NCBI RefSeq assembly: GCF_009914755.1
Contig: NC_060934.1
Strand: one strand, 5' to 3'
DNA length: 64,000 bases
From: the human T2T-CHM13v2.0 reference genome, Homo sapiens
The notes under the pieces are model-generated. The model made no database searches. It saw nothing but the letters and a program-made list of their open reading frames with translations, and was not told where the DNA came from. This document shows positions 45,670 through 59,070 of the stretch, in pieces. The position numbers were made by a program, and so were the translations under genes. The stretch's first letter is position 1. Every line of letters begins with the position of its first letter.

Positions 45670-45798
45670 AGCTGTTTAAGATGATGGATATGCTAATTAC
45701 CCTGATTTTATCATTACACAAATATATACATATATGGAAACATCACATCGTGCCTTCTAAAATACGTACAATTATTATGTATCAATTTTTCTAAAAAG
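45670..45798 (+). mobile_element. Short L1MA-type 3' end
   Basis: gatgatggatatgctaattaccctgattttatcattacaca...tacaattattatgtatcaatt; TSD aaagaaatggt at 45659-45669 and 45799-45809. Confidence 0.85.
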
Positions 45799-47089
45799 AA
45801 AGAAATGGTTGTTTAAAAACTTGTATGAAACTTGGTGCTTTGGTGGGGGGTATATATTTGTTTACTTTAACAATAATCACTGCCAAAAATTAATGCGTCA
45901 CAATGGCATAATAATTATGAGTTAAAAGAATCATACCACCTAAACATATTCACTTAGAAAAAAATCAAAATGAAATAGGTTAGCATTTAGAATACTCGTA
46001 ACATTGAGCCACTCAAATAAAATTTCTAAAGGTAATGACAAGATTTCTATACATTTATCCCAGATGAAGCTATAATAAATAGGAAACCAATGAATCCAGG
46101 TACTATCTAAGTATGCCAATCTGAAAACACACTTAGGCATATTTCAACAAATACTTTAATGCAGTATCTGTTTTCCAATAATAAATGAAAAGAACAGCAA
46201 AGAAAACCATCAAGAATTTATATTTAAGTGTAATTTTTCTTAATTTTCAATTGTTCAGAGTGAAAAAGTAATAACCATTCTCAATGTAAAGAAATAGCCA
46301 ACTAGTAAATTAGACTTCAAATTTTACCAAAAAAAGCAAAATGTTACTAAACTCCTAGAGAATTAAGAGTAATGAAGATATTAAAAGGATTTAGCTATAA
46401 CAGTCCTATAATGTTTTTTAAAAGCTACTTAATACTTTAAAAAGTCTATAATGACAATGTATTTTTCCAATAGTAAGTTGAATAGGAATCCACATTCCTA
46501 TTTAGCTTAAAATGCCTCTGGACTTCCTTCTAAATATAGATCTAATATTTGAACATCAAAATAGTAAATACAGTCTTCAAATATTTAAAAAGGAAACTCC
46601 AATTACACTTCTTTGATTAGAACTGTGAATTTTTTTAAATAGAAGTCTAATAATACTGTAGTCTTTAGGCAACTATTAATTTAGAATGTTTTACTTTGGG
46701 TGGGACTTCAGACCATTCTTTCAGCCAAGTGTTTTTCTTTTCTCTAAGCTACAAAAACCACTTCATGACAATTACATCACTATAGTCTGGTGATTTTCTA
46801 AGTTTCATTCCAAACTGGCCAGATGTGAAATGCAATGTGCTGTGATGCAGATGCATTGAAAACACCAACAATGCCAAATGATTTCAGGCTTTTGGTAAAA
46901 ATTATTCTCCAGAAGCTCACCCAACAAGCTTGCAAAGTGAATCTCATTTTTCATTATTTCCGCTTTGCAGGGTAGAGATGCTTACTAAACCAAGAGAGCC
47001 GCTTTTGGAGGAAGACGGGAGTCAGGGAATGAAGGGAGGGGGCAACTTGATATCACGAGCTATGTTTAAAATGGAAAACCAGCACTTAC

Positions 47090-47241
47090 CCTCTCTCTTA
47101 GGACACACACTCCAACAGCATCCATGGCACCTGCATATCAGTATTTTTGAACTGCCTTGAGTTTTAGTCCACAAAATGGCAACATGAGTAAGAGCCAGAC
47201 AGGAAGCATAATAAGCAATGGCCAATGCCAAGTTCACTTAC
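47090..47241 (-). other. Candidate recursive-splicing exon (RS-exon), 152 nt, non-coding
   Basis: Minus strand: tttaaacctctgcttttccttttgtag|GTAAGTG at the start and GAGG|gtaagtg at the end; stops in all three frames. Confidence 0.6.
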
Positions 47242-47899
47242 CTACAAAAGGAAAAGCAGAGGTTTAAATCTCTCTAATCATGAAGGCACAATTACCTCTT
47301 CACATCTCTACTAATTAGCTTTGACTTAAAGCAGATTATGTGACAAAGAAAAAGACAAATATAACTGTGTGGCCTTTAATAACACTGCTTGAAAATAGAA
47401 GGTCCCTTCCCCCACCTACAATCTATAAATTCTTTGACAGATACAAGTTAATTAGATGCAGAAGTAGAATATTTTCTTTATGGTGAGTTCATAAACAATT
47501 GATTGCTCTTCAGTTTGTTGAAGACAATAAAACAGGTGATTGAACCAGGAATCGCTTAAGATCTTGAGGATGTTTCCCAGGAAGTGTCTAATGATTGTTG
47601 CTGGATCAGTTGCAACTCTTTCTTTACAGGACTAAATGGTGCTAGTTATTGCTGGGAGTTTGCCAATGTAGTTCTAGGGCAACTGGCAGCTAAAAAAGCC
47701 GTAAATAGAGCAGCAAATACCATCACTGTTCACTACCCTGCAGTTTTCTGCCCTTAAACACTTTGGTGTGCACATCCTCAAAAGTATATTTTAAGACAAA
47801 CATTCCTCTTGTCTTGAGACATAGGAAATATGCAAAATAGTGAAGCACCAAGGACATATAACTAGCAAAAAAAAAAGTCAACATAATCTCCTCTAACTC

Positions 47900-48100
47900 T
47901 AGCACAACTAGTATGCATGAGCTCACATATTGTGTCAAATACCAAAGCATTTTACATGTACAAATTCACTTAATATTTTAAACAATTATTTGAGGCATAA
48001 ACTAGTAGTATCCTCATTTTTTTTGTAAACAAGGAAGAAAAAGAAGAGTTAAGAAACTTGCTGAAAGCCACATGTTCAAGAATGGCAAAGCTAGAATAAA
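47900..48100 (-). mobile_element. MIR remnant
   Basis: gagctcacatattgtgtcaaatacc...cattttacatg...tatcctcatttt...gttaagaaacttgctgaaagccaca. Confidence 0.65.
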
Positions 48101-49149
48101 GATATGTGTGCTTTGTGGGATTCATATAATGTCTGTATTTTGTGTATTATTGTCAACTCAGATTTCATAGATTCATGAGTTAAGACATAAAGTTCTTTCC
48201 CTCATGGGATTCATTTTGACATGTTTTTGAAAGACTTGAGGAAGAGTCTGCAATTGTGCACTTCAAAAAAATCAAAATGATAACAGTATGGTTTTATAGC
48301 TATTTTCTCCAAGATAGTGAATATTATTCCCTTAGAACAAACTATTAACAATCAGTCTTTGGTAGAAATAAAACGCTTCAGTGGATCAAAGTTTGCAAAG
48401 TATCAAATTATTATTTGTCCTTAGATGAATTCTCTAAAACCAGTCCCACTAAAGTTTCTTTAAGGATTGTTCATAGGACTGATACCTGATATATAAAATA
48501 TGAGATAATACACATAACATAACCTTCTATAGTCAATGGCATCAGACCTCCTTTCAAAGCATCCCCACATGGAAGCAGTGTACTCACTCCCCTGTAGTTA
48601 CCATCTCTCATTTTTTAGAGCTGTCTTCAGACATTATATGAATCCCACAAGGCCATGGTCTCTTTATAACATTTTGATTTTGACTTAAAAACCATATTAT
48701 TTAGTGGAAGTAGTCCTTCATCTAGTATCAAATAACTTTTTATTTTTGAAAAGTCAAATCTCCCCTTACAAAATATTTGCAATCATTAAGGTTATTGCAT
48801 AGACACATAGGTAAGTGATAGGTAGACAGAGCTTTCATATATATATCTACATATCAAGGCAAGTATCCCTTGAATACAAATAGTACTTTCTATCGTGAAG
48901 ACTCTGAAGGGCAAAGTATTCCTTTGAATGTTCTGGCACATGCGTGGTTTTCTCCCTCCACTAATAAACTTATCTTTGGGGCCAATCATATAAGGGATCT
49001 GATTCAAAAGTCATTGATTACCCACCATGTGCCAAGTACAATACTAAGCATTTCACCTATGTCAGCTGATTTTAGTTTAGCAAATATCCTCTTTAAAATA
49101 TAGTGTAATTCTTATTTTACAGATAAACAGATTTAGAAATGTAGCGTCA

Positions 49150-49530
<381 letters not shown>

Positions 49531-51719
49531 CTACACTGTAAGACATGCTTTGGGCTGCCTGCTTCCATTTGACTGCATGACTATCTCTGCTTTATAAGGA
49601 AAAAGTGATATATGCATCTACAGAGTGAGAAAACATTTTTTTAAGGAGAAAATAGCATTCATCAGGTCTAGTTAACTTCTGTTTCTTATGACTATATTTT
49701 AGATCTGTGTACCCCATGTTATTGACTGCTCTGGATATCACTTGAACACCGGTATGAAATTAAGCAGGCATATTCATGAGCCAATTTTATTTCAAATAGA
49801 AATGGTCACAATTGTTTAATCCTTATTTATCTCCTTTCTACTCTCAATTTGTCAGCAAGAGAATGTTGGCCAATAAAAAACAGGTCTGCAATGGGTATTT
49901 TGTTACTATGACTTACTATGACTTTAACTTTTAGCCGTGAAAGGATAAAAGAGGAATATGACAAGAAAATGAATGCGACTACAAAACTGAAAAGGCAGCT
50001 CCAAATAATTGTAGAATTGTGAATTCTACAAGATTAAAAAGTAACTATTGTGTTGGAAGAGCAGTAGTACAATCTGTGCTTTGCCCTAACAAAGTTCCAT
50101 CTCTGAATTACATAATAAAAGCTATTGGCTAGAGATAAAATAAATACTTAATGTGTCTCACAGAGGGTATCCTTAATAAAAGGATTATTTTATGCAAGTA
50201 GCTCTTCATGTGTCTCAGAATATTATTTTCAAAGCATTCACAGATGACTGCAAGTGGCCTCCAGCCTCTTATGACACACATTAAGAGACAAGACCTCAAC
50301 TCTCTATGGAATACTGAAAGGATAAGCTCAGTTCCACCAGTACCAGAAGGAACTCCTGCTTCCCCCACTTTTCTCGCACTATCAGCAGGACAATGGGGAA
50401 AGGCATTTTTTTTTTTTTTTTAAGGAGAGGAGACTTTGCAAATTGTGCAGTACACAGAATATTTTCCTATCTAAAGAGAGATTCAAATGCCTCTGGTAAT
50501 GACAGAATTTCAGAGACATTTAAAGGTCTCAATTCTTGATGTAAACATTGAGTCAAGATTGAAATAGCTATCCTGAAATTATCTAGGTTTTGGAAACTTT
50601 AGCAGCTCTCCACAGAGCACAGAGTGTCCTTCTTCACTGTGGCAACACTCAGGGAATCCCCTTTCCTGGACAAGAGGCACACATCACATGTTTCCAGGAA
50701 CTTTCGTCTTTTCCATCAATTAAAAAAAAGTACAAGGTGCAGACACCAGTCTGGGTCTTATCTTGTATAGGAAAAGTTCATTTTCATCTCCCAGAAGTCA
50801 GGGAAGTAAATAAAACAAAACAAAAACCAAAACCATAAAAACAGAATTGAATAGGGTCATTTTGCATCAATGGTCTTAGTGCAGTCACTAAAAACCAACA
50901 CTCTCATGTCTTCAGCTGCTTTTACCCCCTGCATCAAACAATGCAAATAATCCTTGAAAAGCCTTTTTAAACTAAAGAATAAAGAATTATAAAAGGAAAT
51001 GTTCATCCAATTAGTGAAAAAGCACTACTGATTTTAAGTGTTTAAGATACCACCAATTGGGAAAGTATCATGATGTACATGACAGGGGTTATTTTTCATA
51101 CTGAGGAAATAGAAAAAAGATCTTTCTGCAGGAGAAAAGAAAATTCTTAAGCAAAATCAATTATTCACTGCAGTGCAAGGAAAACGATTTTGCTGCTGGT
51201 CCAGGATGCTATCAATTTCCTGGCTTCAGACATTCTTACTCTCTTCATTTAATGGGAAGATGATTCTTTCAAAACCTTATGGCAATCTGGAAAAATTGTC
51301 CTTGAGGGAATAAGATTTTTTAGAATATTACTGACTATGGTTCTGATGCAGAACAAAGAAATATTAGCCATAAGAAAACTACTTCTGTGTTATCATTTGG
51401 ATTAAATATATGCTAATGAACAAGTAGAATTAAGAGCTGCAGGAACGGTTAGAATATAGCAGTAATGGTGGCCTCTATTTCAGGAGACCCAGGGAATTCC
51501 TGCAAGGTAAACTCCAAGTAGAAATAACAAGGAAGAGCATTATTTTCCATAATTTACGTGATTCATATTTATTTTCATTAAAAACTTGCACTTAGGAACT
51601 GCTGAATCATGAACAACTTTAATGTTAAAAACACAGCTGTGTCTCAATGAGGAAAAATAAAAAATTGACAGAAATCTGAATTTGTTTCAAGAGGTTCATA
51701 CCTTTATTAGTGTTTTTCC

Positions 51720-51852
51720 TCTCTAAACTACGTGTCTTCCTCCCTCATGAGATTAATAATTGAGGAGAGGAATTCATTCATCTTTGTATTTCTAGCATCT
51801 AAAATAGTGATTGATCCATAGGTTATGTTCAATATTGCTCAGTAAATGAATA
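51720..51852 (+). mobile_element. L2 3' end
   Basis: attcatctttgtatttctagcatctaaaatagtg...cataggttatgttcaata...gtaaatgaat. Confidence 0.65.
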
Positions 51853-52454
51853 AAGACACATCTAGGTGTGAGTAGCTATGGTGGAAACAAAGATTATAAG
51901 ATGTGGTCATTACTGTCAAGGTTAACAAAGTAATTGGGGATATTTAAACATAAAAATCCAACTACCAGTCAAGATTCTACTTTATATGAGGGTGTTTGTT
52001 CCAATGGTGTTACTTACTATCCATGGGGGTTCAGACTAATGAGATACCACTCTAGGTTGGCAGTGAGAACCAGGGAGACTTTTTTGAGGAAGTGAAACTC
52101 AAAAAGAAGTGAAACATTGAAGGGAGTTGAGTCTTAATATAAGGGAAGTTTGGTTAGAATAGGTGGTTAGTGTGAGTAGGAAAAAAAGAAAAGGTTGGTA
52201 AAATATGAGTCCAAATTTGAAAGTCTTATGGCTTCAATTTGACAACAAATCAATCTCTCCCTAAATATACTGTACTGTTTGCCCTCAACATACTGTGAAA
52301 AATTAGAGACCCTATCTTTTTAATATCTTTTAAAGTAATGCATAGCATATGGAAGGGGAAACATGTTTAACAGACATTCTTATGCATAGCACTATCTCGG
52401 GTAGTCATAAGAAACAAGTAATTATTAATGAATTAAAATAGCCTTACATATAAA

Positions 52455-52921
52455 CAATTGAACCCTGAGCAACATGCGTTTGCACGGAGTGAGTCCACTT
52501 ATACACGGACCTTTTTCAATAAAAGTTACACTGAGTGGGTCTGCCTCTCCTTCCCCTTCCTCCACCTCAGCCTTTGCTGCCCTTGAGACAGCAAGACCAA
52601 CCCTTCCTCTTCCTCCTCAGCCTATTCAACCTGAAGACGAGGATGAAGATCTTTATAATTATCTACTTCCTCTCAATGAATAGTAAATGTTTCCCTCCTT
52701 ATAATTTTCTTAACCTTTTCTGTAGCTTCCTTTATTATAAGAACACAGTATATAAAACGTATGCAAAATATGTGTTAGTTGACTGTTTACATTATCAGTA
52801 AGGCTGCCCGTCAACAGTAGGCTATTAGTAGTTAAGTTTTGGGGAAGTCAAATTATACACAAGAGTTTTTACTGTGCAGGGGGTCAGTGCCCCGGCCCCC
52901 TCTCTGTTCAAGGGGCAACTG
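52455..52921 (+). mobile_element. Tigger2a/MER28-like MITE
   Basis: Termini caattgaaccctgagcaaca ... tgttcaaggggcaactg; internal cctcctcagcctattcaacctgaagacgaggatgaagatcttta. Confidence 0.88.
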
Positions 52922-54479
52922 ATCAGCAGATGGATAAAATAAAAATTCCAAAAAGAAGCAAACCCTATCAGGAGTGATATTTAAAATGTAATAGCCAGTA
53001 AAGTTTAGGTATTAAGCAATCAGAATGGCCCAGGTGAACTGGGCTTAGAGTTCACCTGGTTGATTATTGGCTCCAGTTCTAACATCTCCTTTCTCAAAAT
53101 TACCTATTATCAGCTTTCTGTTCTTTACATTAATCTTGCAGTTGGATCCCCCCATATACATCCTTTAATCCCTTCAAATAAGCTCTTTTCTATTTGAGTT
53201 TTCTTGAGTGAGTTTCTCTTCTTTGAAATCTAAAACAAATAGGAAAAACACAAAGCAAATTGATGGCCTATATATATCCCTATCCCTCACTGCATGTCAA
53301 CGTTATTCTGTGACTGTCCTTTCAGGGGCCTTTCTTCTTCGAGATTGGCAATAAAATGTTCTCCTAATGAAGAAAATAGAACCGCTAAAGGATAAAAAAC
53401 TAGTGAATATGTTTCCAAGTTGCTTCTATGTCAACTTATCTGACTCAAAAGTGATTTAATAAAAATAAACACATAAAAGTGTATCAAATAAGCTGTTTCT
53501 CTCATATTTCATATAAAATGACAAATTTTATTGTAGAGAGTTGTGTCTTTGGTTGATAACTAACTAGATCTCTAGGCTCTAAATAAAACTGATAATTTTA
53601 AAAAATATACTATTGCCAAAATTTACATACACTATTGCCATCGGATAAATAAATGTGAATATGTTGCACTTAAAGCTAAATAGGCTTAATAATATGTAGG
53701 AATACTAGAGCTATACTATAAGAAGTTCTGATCAGGAAACTATATAGGTAATGTGTTATATTAGACATTTTGGGGTGATGCAGGTACAGATACTTCCAAA
53801 AGGCATCTGATATCATAGGCAAACAAGGGCAGAAATTATTAAATCAACTTAGCAAATACTTCCCAGTGTTCTTATTACTTAGGGAATGAACTGAGACTGC
53901 AGGAAGCATTGACCATAAGCACTCCCCAGTGGTTCTAGCCCCTGCACATTCAGCAGGGTCTGGGCTGGCCTAGCATGAAATGAAGAACCTCCAGGCAAAA
54001 ATCACAATTTTATAAGAAATGCTATATCCAGAAAGAGGATCTTCATGATTACACAGGAACTTCTCTGGCCTATGAGAAGAAGGGAAATAAGTTTTCAAAA
54101 TAAAGCAGTGATAGACAAGGCCTAGAATAATGATTAGTTAACTTTAATAAAGGGCTTTAATGTAATTATAAATCATTATTAAAATATATGTGCCTGGGAT
54201 TTACTTGAAGCTGTTGTATATTATAGTAGTTAACCAGCAGGGTATTTTAGAGCCACCATCATCTCCTTCAACACCAAGTTCCATCCTTGCTCGAGTGCCA
54301 CCAGGGTTCGTGGTTACAGCCTTGGGACATGAGAAATTGTTATTTCCTCATATTCTACCTTGCTTAGAGTTAGGAATCAAAGAAAGCAGCTAAATAGAGA
54401 AAACCAGAAGCAAACAAACTGACAAACATTAAAAGCTAAAATCATGTCATTATACTAGTAAAAACTATTCATTCCACTG

Positions 54480-54780
54480 GTATCTTTTGGAACCAACTAT
54501 GTACCAGGCCCAGTGCTAAGTGCTGGATAAACACCAAGTAAATGCATTCTCTTATAATCCAGAGCTTGCAATCTAGTAAGGGAGATAGATGACCTCAAGC
54601 AAATAAATCAGTGTGTCACTACCAGTTGTGGTCAATGCTTTGAACAAAATTGACAGGGGCAGGGATAATGTAATAAATAGGGAATTGTGATCCCTATTTA
54701 TAGGGGATAGAATAATGGAGAATGTAGTAGGGACCTACTAAGTGTGGCCAAGGAGGAGGTGAAATTTATGTGAAGGTCAC
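54480..54780 (-). mobile_element. L2 3' remnant
   Basis: actatgtaccaggcccagtgctaagtgctgga...gagcttgcaatctagtaagggaga. Confidence 0.65.
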
Positions 54781-55259
54781 CTCCCTCCAACAGTCATCTG
54801 AGGACTCAATTCCATAACAATGAAGATGTAAATGAAGAACAGTCATAAAATGTTTATAACAGTAGCCCCCAAAAAGAGAAAAAGGTATCAAGAACCTTGG
54901 CTGAAATAGAAGAAAAACCTACTTGTAACACAAATCCATGGGACTGAGGGCACAGGTACTGGGAGCCAGGATCTGTTCTGGGAAATCTCATTTAACAGAC
55001 TTAAAACTACTGACAGTACCCCTGGAAGAGAGAGGGACAGAGTGGTGGGAAAACCACAAGATTGGCATCAGTAGAGCAGCTTCAAGCTTGGTTTTCACTG
55101 TAACGTCCTACTTTAATTAGCCAAGTGTCTAATATTTTGAAAGACTGTAGCAACTTACTCCTGTAGACAAAATAATGAGGCTGCTGTTTTGCCAAATATT
55201 TTCTCACCATCTCTAACCACTCCCATCAGAAAATGGAGGAAAAAAAAATTAGGAGTAGT

Positions 55260-55392
55260 TAGTAGTGAGCTCCTATGATCCCAGTTACCCAGAGGATCAC
55301 TTGAGCCCAGGAATTCAAGGCTGCTATGAACTATGATTGTGCCTGTGAATAGCCACTGCACGCTAGTCTGGGCAACATAGCAAGACCCTACT
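55260..55392 (+). mobile_element. FAM (fossil Alu monomer), partly deleted
   Basis: gaggatcacttgagcccaggaattcaaggctgc...gcctgtgaatagccactgcac...gggcaacatagcaagaccct. Confidence 0.8.
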
Positions 55393-55676
55393 TTGTACAT
55401 TTTTTTTAAAATGCACCAACACTCCAAATATGTAGGTTTAGCTGTCACTAAAGGGATCACAGAGCAGAATTTTCTTTTTCCTAAAGAGAAGGGAGACAAT
55501 GCTCTTCTTAAAACCTCTGTGAAAAATAGCCTCCTTGATCGTTGCAGACTAAGGAAAATACTGTAGAGCCACGTTCCATGGAAAGAGCTTTGGAATGGAG
55601 CTGCTCTGGCTTTGAATCCTGGACCTCAATTTATCATCTCTGGGTGGTCTTGGGCAAGTTATCTGACCCACTCTGA

Positions 55677-55979
<303 letters not shown>

Positions 55980-56040
55980 GATTCTTAGTTTTCTTAGCTA
56001 TGAAACTGGTAGGCTTGTGAAGATGAAATGAGATTACCCA

Positions 56041-56081
56041 TCTATGGCCATACCATCCTGAACATGCTCCATCTCATCTGA
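56041..56081 (+). pseudogene. 3'-truncated (tailless) 5S rRNA retropseudogene
   Basis: tctatggccataccatcctgaacatgctccatctcatctga matches the 5S rRNA 5' end GTCTACGGCCATACCACCCTGAACGCGCCCGATCTCGTCTGA, mostly with CpG-type changes; TSD aaatgagattaccca / aaacgaggttaccca. Confidence 0.9.
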
Positions 56082-56521
56082 AACGAGGTTACCCAGAACA
56101 TGCACCCTTTGTACAATTTGAATTTGGGGCCACGTGTATGTATTTATTACCTGCCCAAAACAGCTAACGAAATAAAAAGACAGAAAAGTAAAAGCTATAA
56201 CTACAAGCCTGGCCAAGTCATAACTTTCTAAAACTCAGTTCTCTCATTTACAAAATCTAGAAATAACCTCTCAGGATTGTTGTGGGGACTCACACAAGAT
56301 GGCACATTTCAAAGTACTTTGTAAACTGTAAAATATAGACCAATATAAGACACTATTATTAAAAAAGAGAGAAAGAGAGAGAGAGAGAGAGACAGAAGTG
56401 CGCTCTGTATAAAACAAGATGACTCTCCCAGGGTAGAGACAAATCAGCCACTGGGGCCTCCCTCCCCAGCAGACAGTAAAGGGTAACTGGGAAGGGAAGG
56501 CACAGGAACCAGATAACCACC

Positions 56522-56700
56522 CCACTGGCTAGCTGTGTAAACTCAGCCAAGTTGCTTAACCTCGCTCTGCTCCTATTATGCATCTCATCATAAACATGAG
56601 AATAATACTACATCTCAGAGAAGTTGTGCAGTTTAAGTGGCATGACTCACTGGCTTAGCAAAGCCCTGAACAGCAGAAATACTGAATAAATGTAGCCAAA
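56522..56700 (+). mobile_element. MIR
   Basis: ccactggctagctgtgtaaactcagccaagttgcttaacctcgctctg...aataatactacatctcagagaagttgtg. Confidence 0.75.
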
Positions 56701-57049
56701 ATACGTTAGCACCACGCTACCCTAGAGGTTGGCATGGCTAAAACTTACTCTAAAGCCTGGGGCAAGAAGGACATCATGGAAGAACTTGTTCCATGCTGCC
56801 AGAAGTTTCTGGTGTTGTCATCCCATAATTTATGTAAAATGCACCTACTTCTTCTATCTTCAGATGACATGGTGCATATCAGCAAATGTCAAAAGAGAAA
56901 AAATAGCAAGCTCCTACTTCCCGGCAGATGAGATGCTCCCAGTGACACGTAGCAGGCCTATACTGTTGCTGCTCTGGCCTCCTTGAGCCACAAGCCCCCT
57001 AACGTTACTACAGGAAGCTGGATTCTTCAGATACCTATGAAAGGCACAC

Positions 57050-57215
57050 ACCAGGTTTTCTCACTCTTAGCCCATCATAAGAATCACCTGGGGTACTTGT
57101 TAAACATCTAGACTCCAGGCTCTACCTCAGAACTCCTGAATCAGAATCTCTAAGAGCCCTGAGAATCTATACCCCAAATGAACCTTAGGATCAGGCCTGT
57201 TTAGGATACAGTGTA
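57050..57215. mobile_element. MER5-type remnant
   Basis: agaatcacctggggtacttgttaaaca...ctacctcagaactcctgaatcagaatctct. Confidence 0.7.
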
Positions 57216-58269
57216 CTCAGAAGCGTAGCTGACTACTAGACACCGATGGTGATTCTTTATCACTTTCCCCTCCCTTCCAACTCCCAATCTCACGGCTTGT
57301 GAAACCATTATCTGCAGATTCATAAACACACATACACACTTACTAATTAACTTTAATGACAGGAAAACTATTTTCACCTGAAGACTACCAAGGGCTTGAA
57401 TACAAATTTTTTTGATGGAAACAGCTTTTAATTATCCAAACCAATATGCAATTCTGGCTTGCGATGCCTGAAGGCATTTTGATAATTCATGACTTACCCA
57501 AACTGATAAAAAGAACCCAGCCATGGCGTTGCTGGGAAGCACTGGGAGGCGTCCCCATCTCTTCCTTGGCTCAGATCCCAGTCTCCTTTCTACCTGGTTT
57601 CCTTCTGCCTTAGGGATGAGCAATGAAGTTATTTCCCCTTTATAATAAAAGCCTTTTCTGTAGATGCTGGAGAGCACAGTAAGAGAATATTACCCTTGCT
57701 TCCTTCCTTGCTGTAGGCTAAAAAGTAGGAAGAATAAAGAAAAAGTAACGTTGCAATATCTATGGAGCTGAGAGGAGCCCCTGGCCTAGACCCAATGCCC
57801 CGGGTGAGACATTAAAGAATGACAAGCTCCAGCAAAGAGGCTGAGAAAGTTGCTTTTGTGGCTTGAGGCACTTACTGGAACACAGACTAGCTCCTCTGTC
57901 TATCCACTCACCAAATATCTCATAGTGTCCTGTATTTAAGACACTAGACAGGTGTCACAGGAAAAATCCATGTTCAGGCAAAATCCCTGCCCTCCAGGAG
58001 CTTATAGCCCAATGCTGGTGGAAATGTTAATCCAAAGGAAGGATAAATGACAATATGTCCCAGAGGTTTGGAGGAGGAAGAAATCATTTTCTGCTAATTG
58101 AACTGCAAAATACCTTGGACACATTTATCTTGCCCCAGTTCCTCATTTTGCCAGTAGAGAAGCTGCCTCTCACTCTAAATTCTGATAACCTAAATAGGTT
58201 ATTGGAGAAGACAAGTGCTTGAAAATGAACTAAGAACAAGCCTCAGCATTCATCCTAGGTTTTCTAATT

Positions 58270-58385
58270 TCAAATAAGTCAACAAATGTATATTCGACAC
58301 CTACTATGCTCTAGGCCCTGTTCTAGATACTGGGGACACTGGGCAAAAAGAATAAATCACTGCCTTCAAAGAGCTTATATTCTCT
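58270..58385 (-). mobile_element. L2 3' end
   Basis: tcaacaaatgtatattcgacacctactatgctctaggccctgttctagatactggggacac...ctgccttcaaagagcttatattct. Confidence 0.75.
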
Positions 58386-58689
58386 TGTTCATTTTATTAC
58401 ACCTGACCACAGTAAGAACCAAGGCATAGAATCATAAAGATAACACTGGGAAATATGGATGACATCAGAGATGATGGTTTGTATATGTGTGCGTATAGGA
58501 TGAGGAAGATGGGTTAGAGGGTTGATCAGTTATTAGATTATTGAAATTTTTGTCATGAAGTGATCAGATATTATGCTCTGATCATGAGTTTCAATTTTAA
58601 CACAAGCAACACAAAGTCAAGTAACTCTATTGTATATTATGGGCCCAAGATTCAAGCTCAGGTCTGTTGATGTAAAATTCCATTTTAGC

Positions 58690-59070
58690 GGTACATATAC
58701 ACATGGAATACTACATAGTCATCAAAAAGAATGAAATCATGTCCTTTGCAGCAACATGGATGCAGCTGAAGGCTGTTATCCCAAGCAAATTAATGCAGAA
58801 ACAGAAAACCAAATTCTGCATGTTCTCATAAGTGCGAGCTAAACATTGGGTATACATGGACACAAAGATGGGAACAATAGAATAGACACTGGGGACGAAG
58901 GAGGGAGGAAATCAAGGGTTGAGAAACTACTTATTGAGTACCATGCTCACTACCTGGGTGATGGGACAATTCGCATCCCAAACCTTAGCATCATGCAATA
59001 TAACCATTAACGAACCTGCACATACACTACCTAAATCTAAAATAAAAGTTGAATTTAAAAAAATAATAAA
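58690..59070 (+). mobile_element. L1 (L1PB/old L1PA-type) 3' end
   Basis: ggtacatatacacatggaatactac...aaagaatgaaatcatgtcctttgcagcaacatggatgcagctg...aacctgcacata...aaaataaaagttg. Confidence 0.9.

Noticed and set aside
47090-47241. Assigning the host gene (e.g. ANK3, PDE4D, CADM1)
   Set aside because: No coding exon in the window allows identification; naming one would be a guess
51040-51150. Strong minus-strand acceptor ttttcttttctcctgcag at 51126
   Set aside because: No strong donor within exon distance
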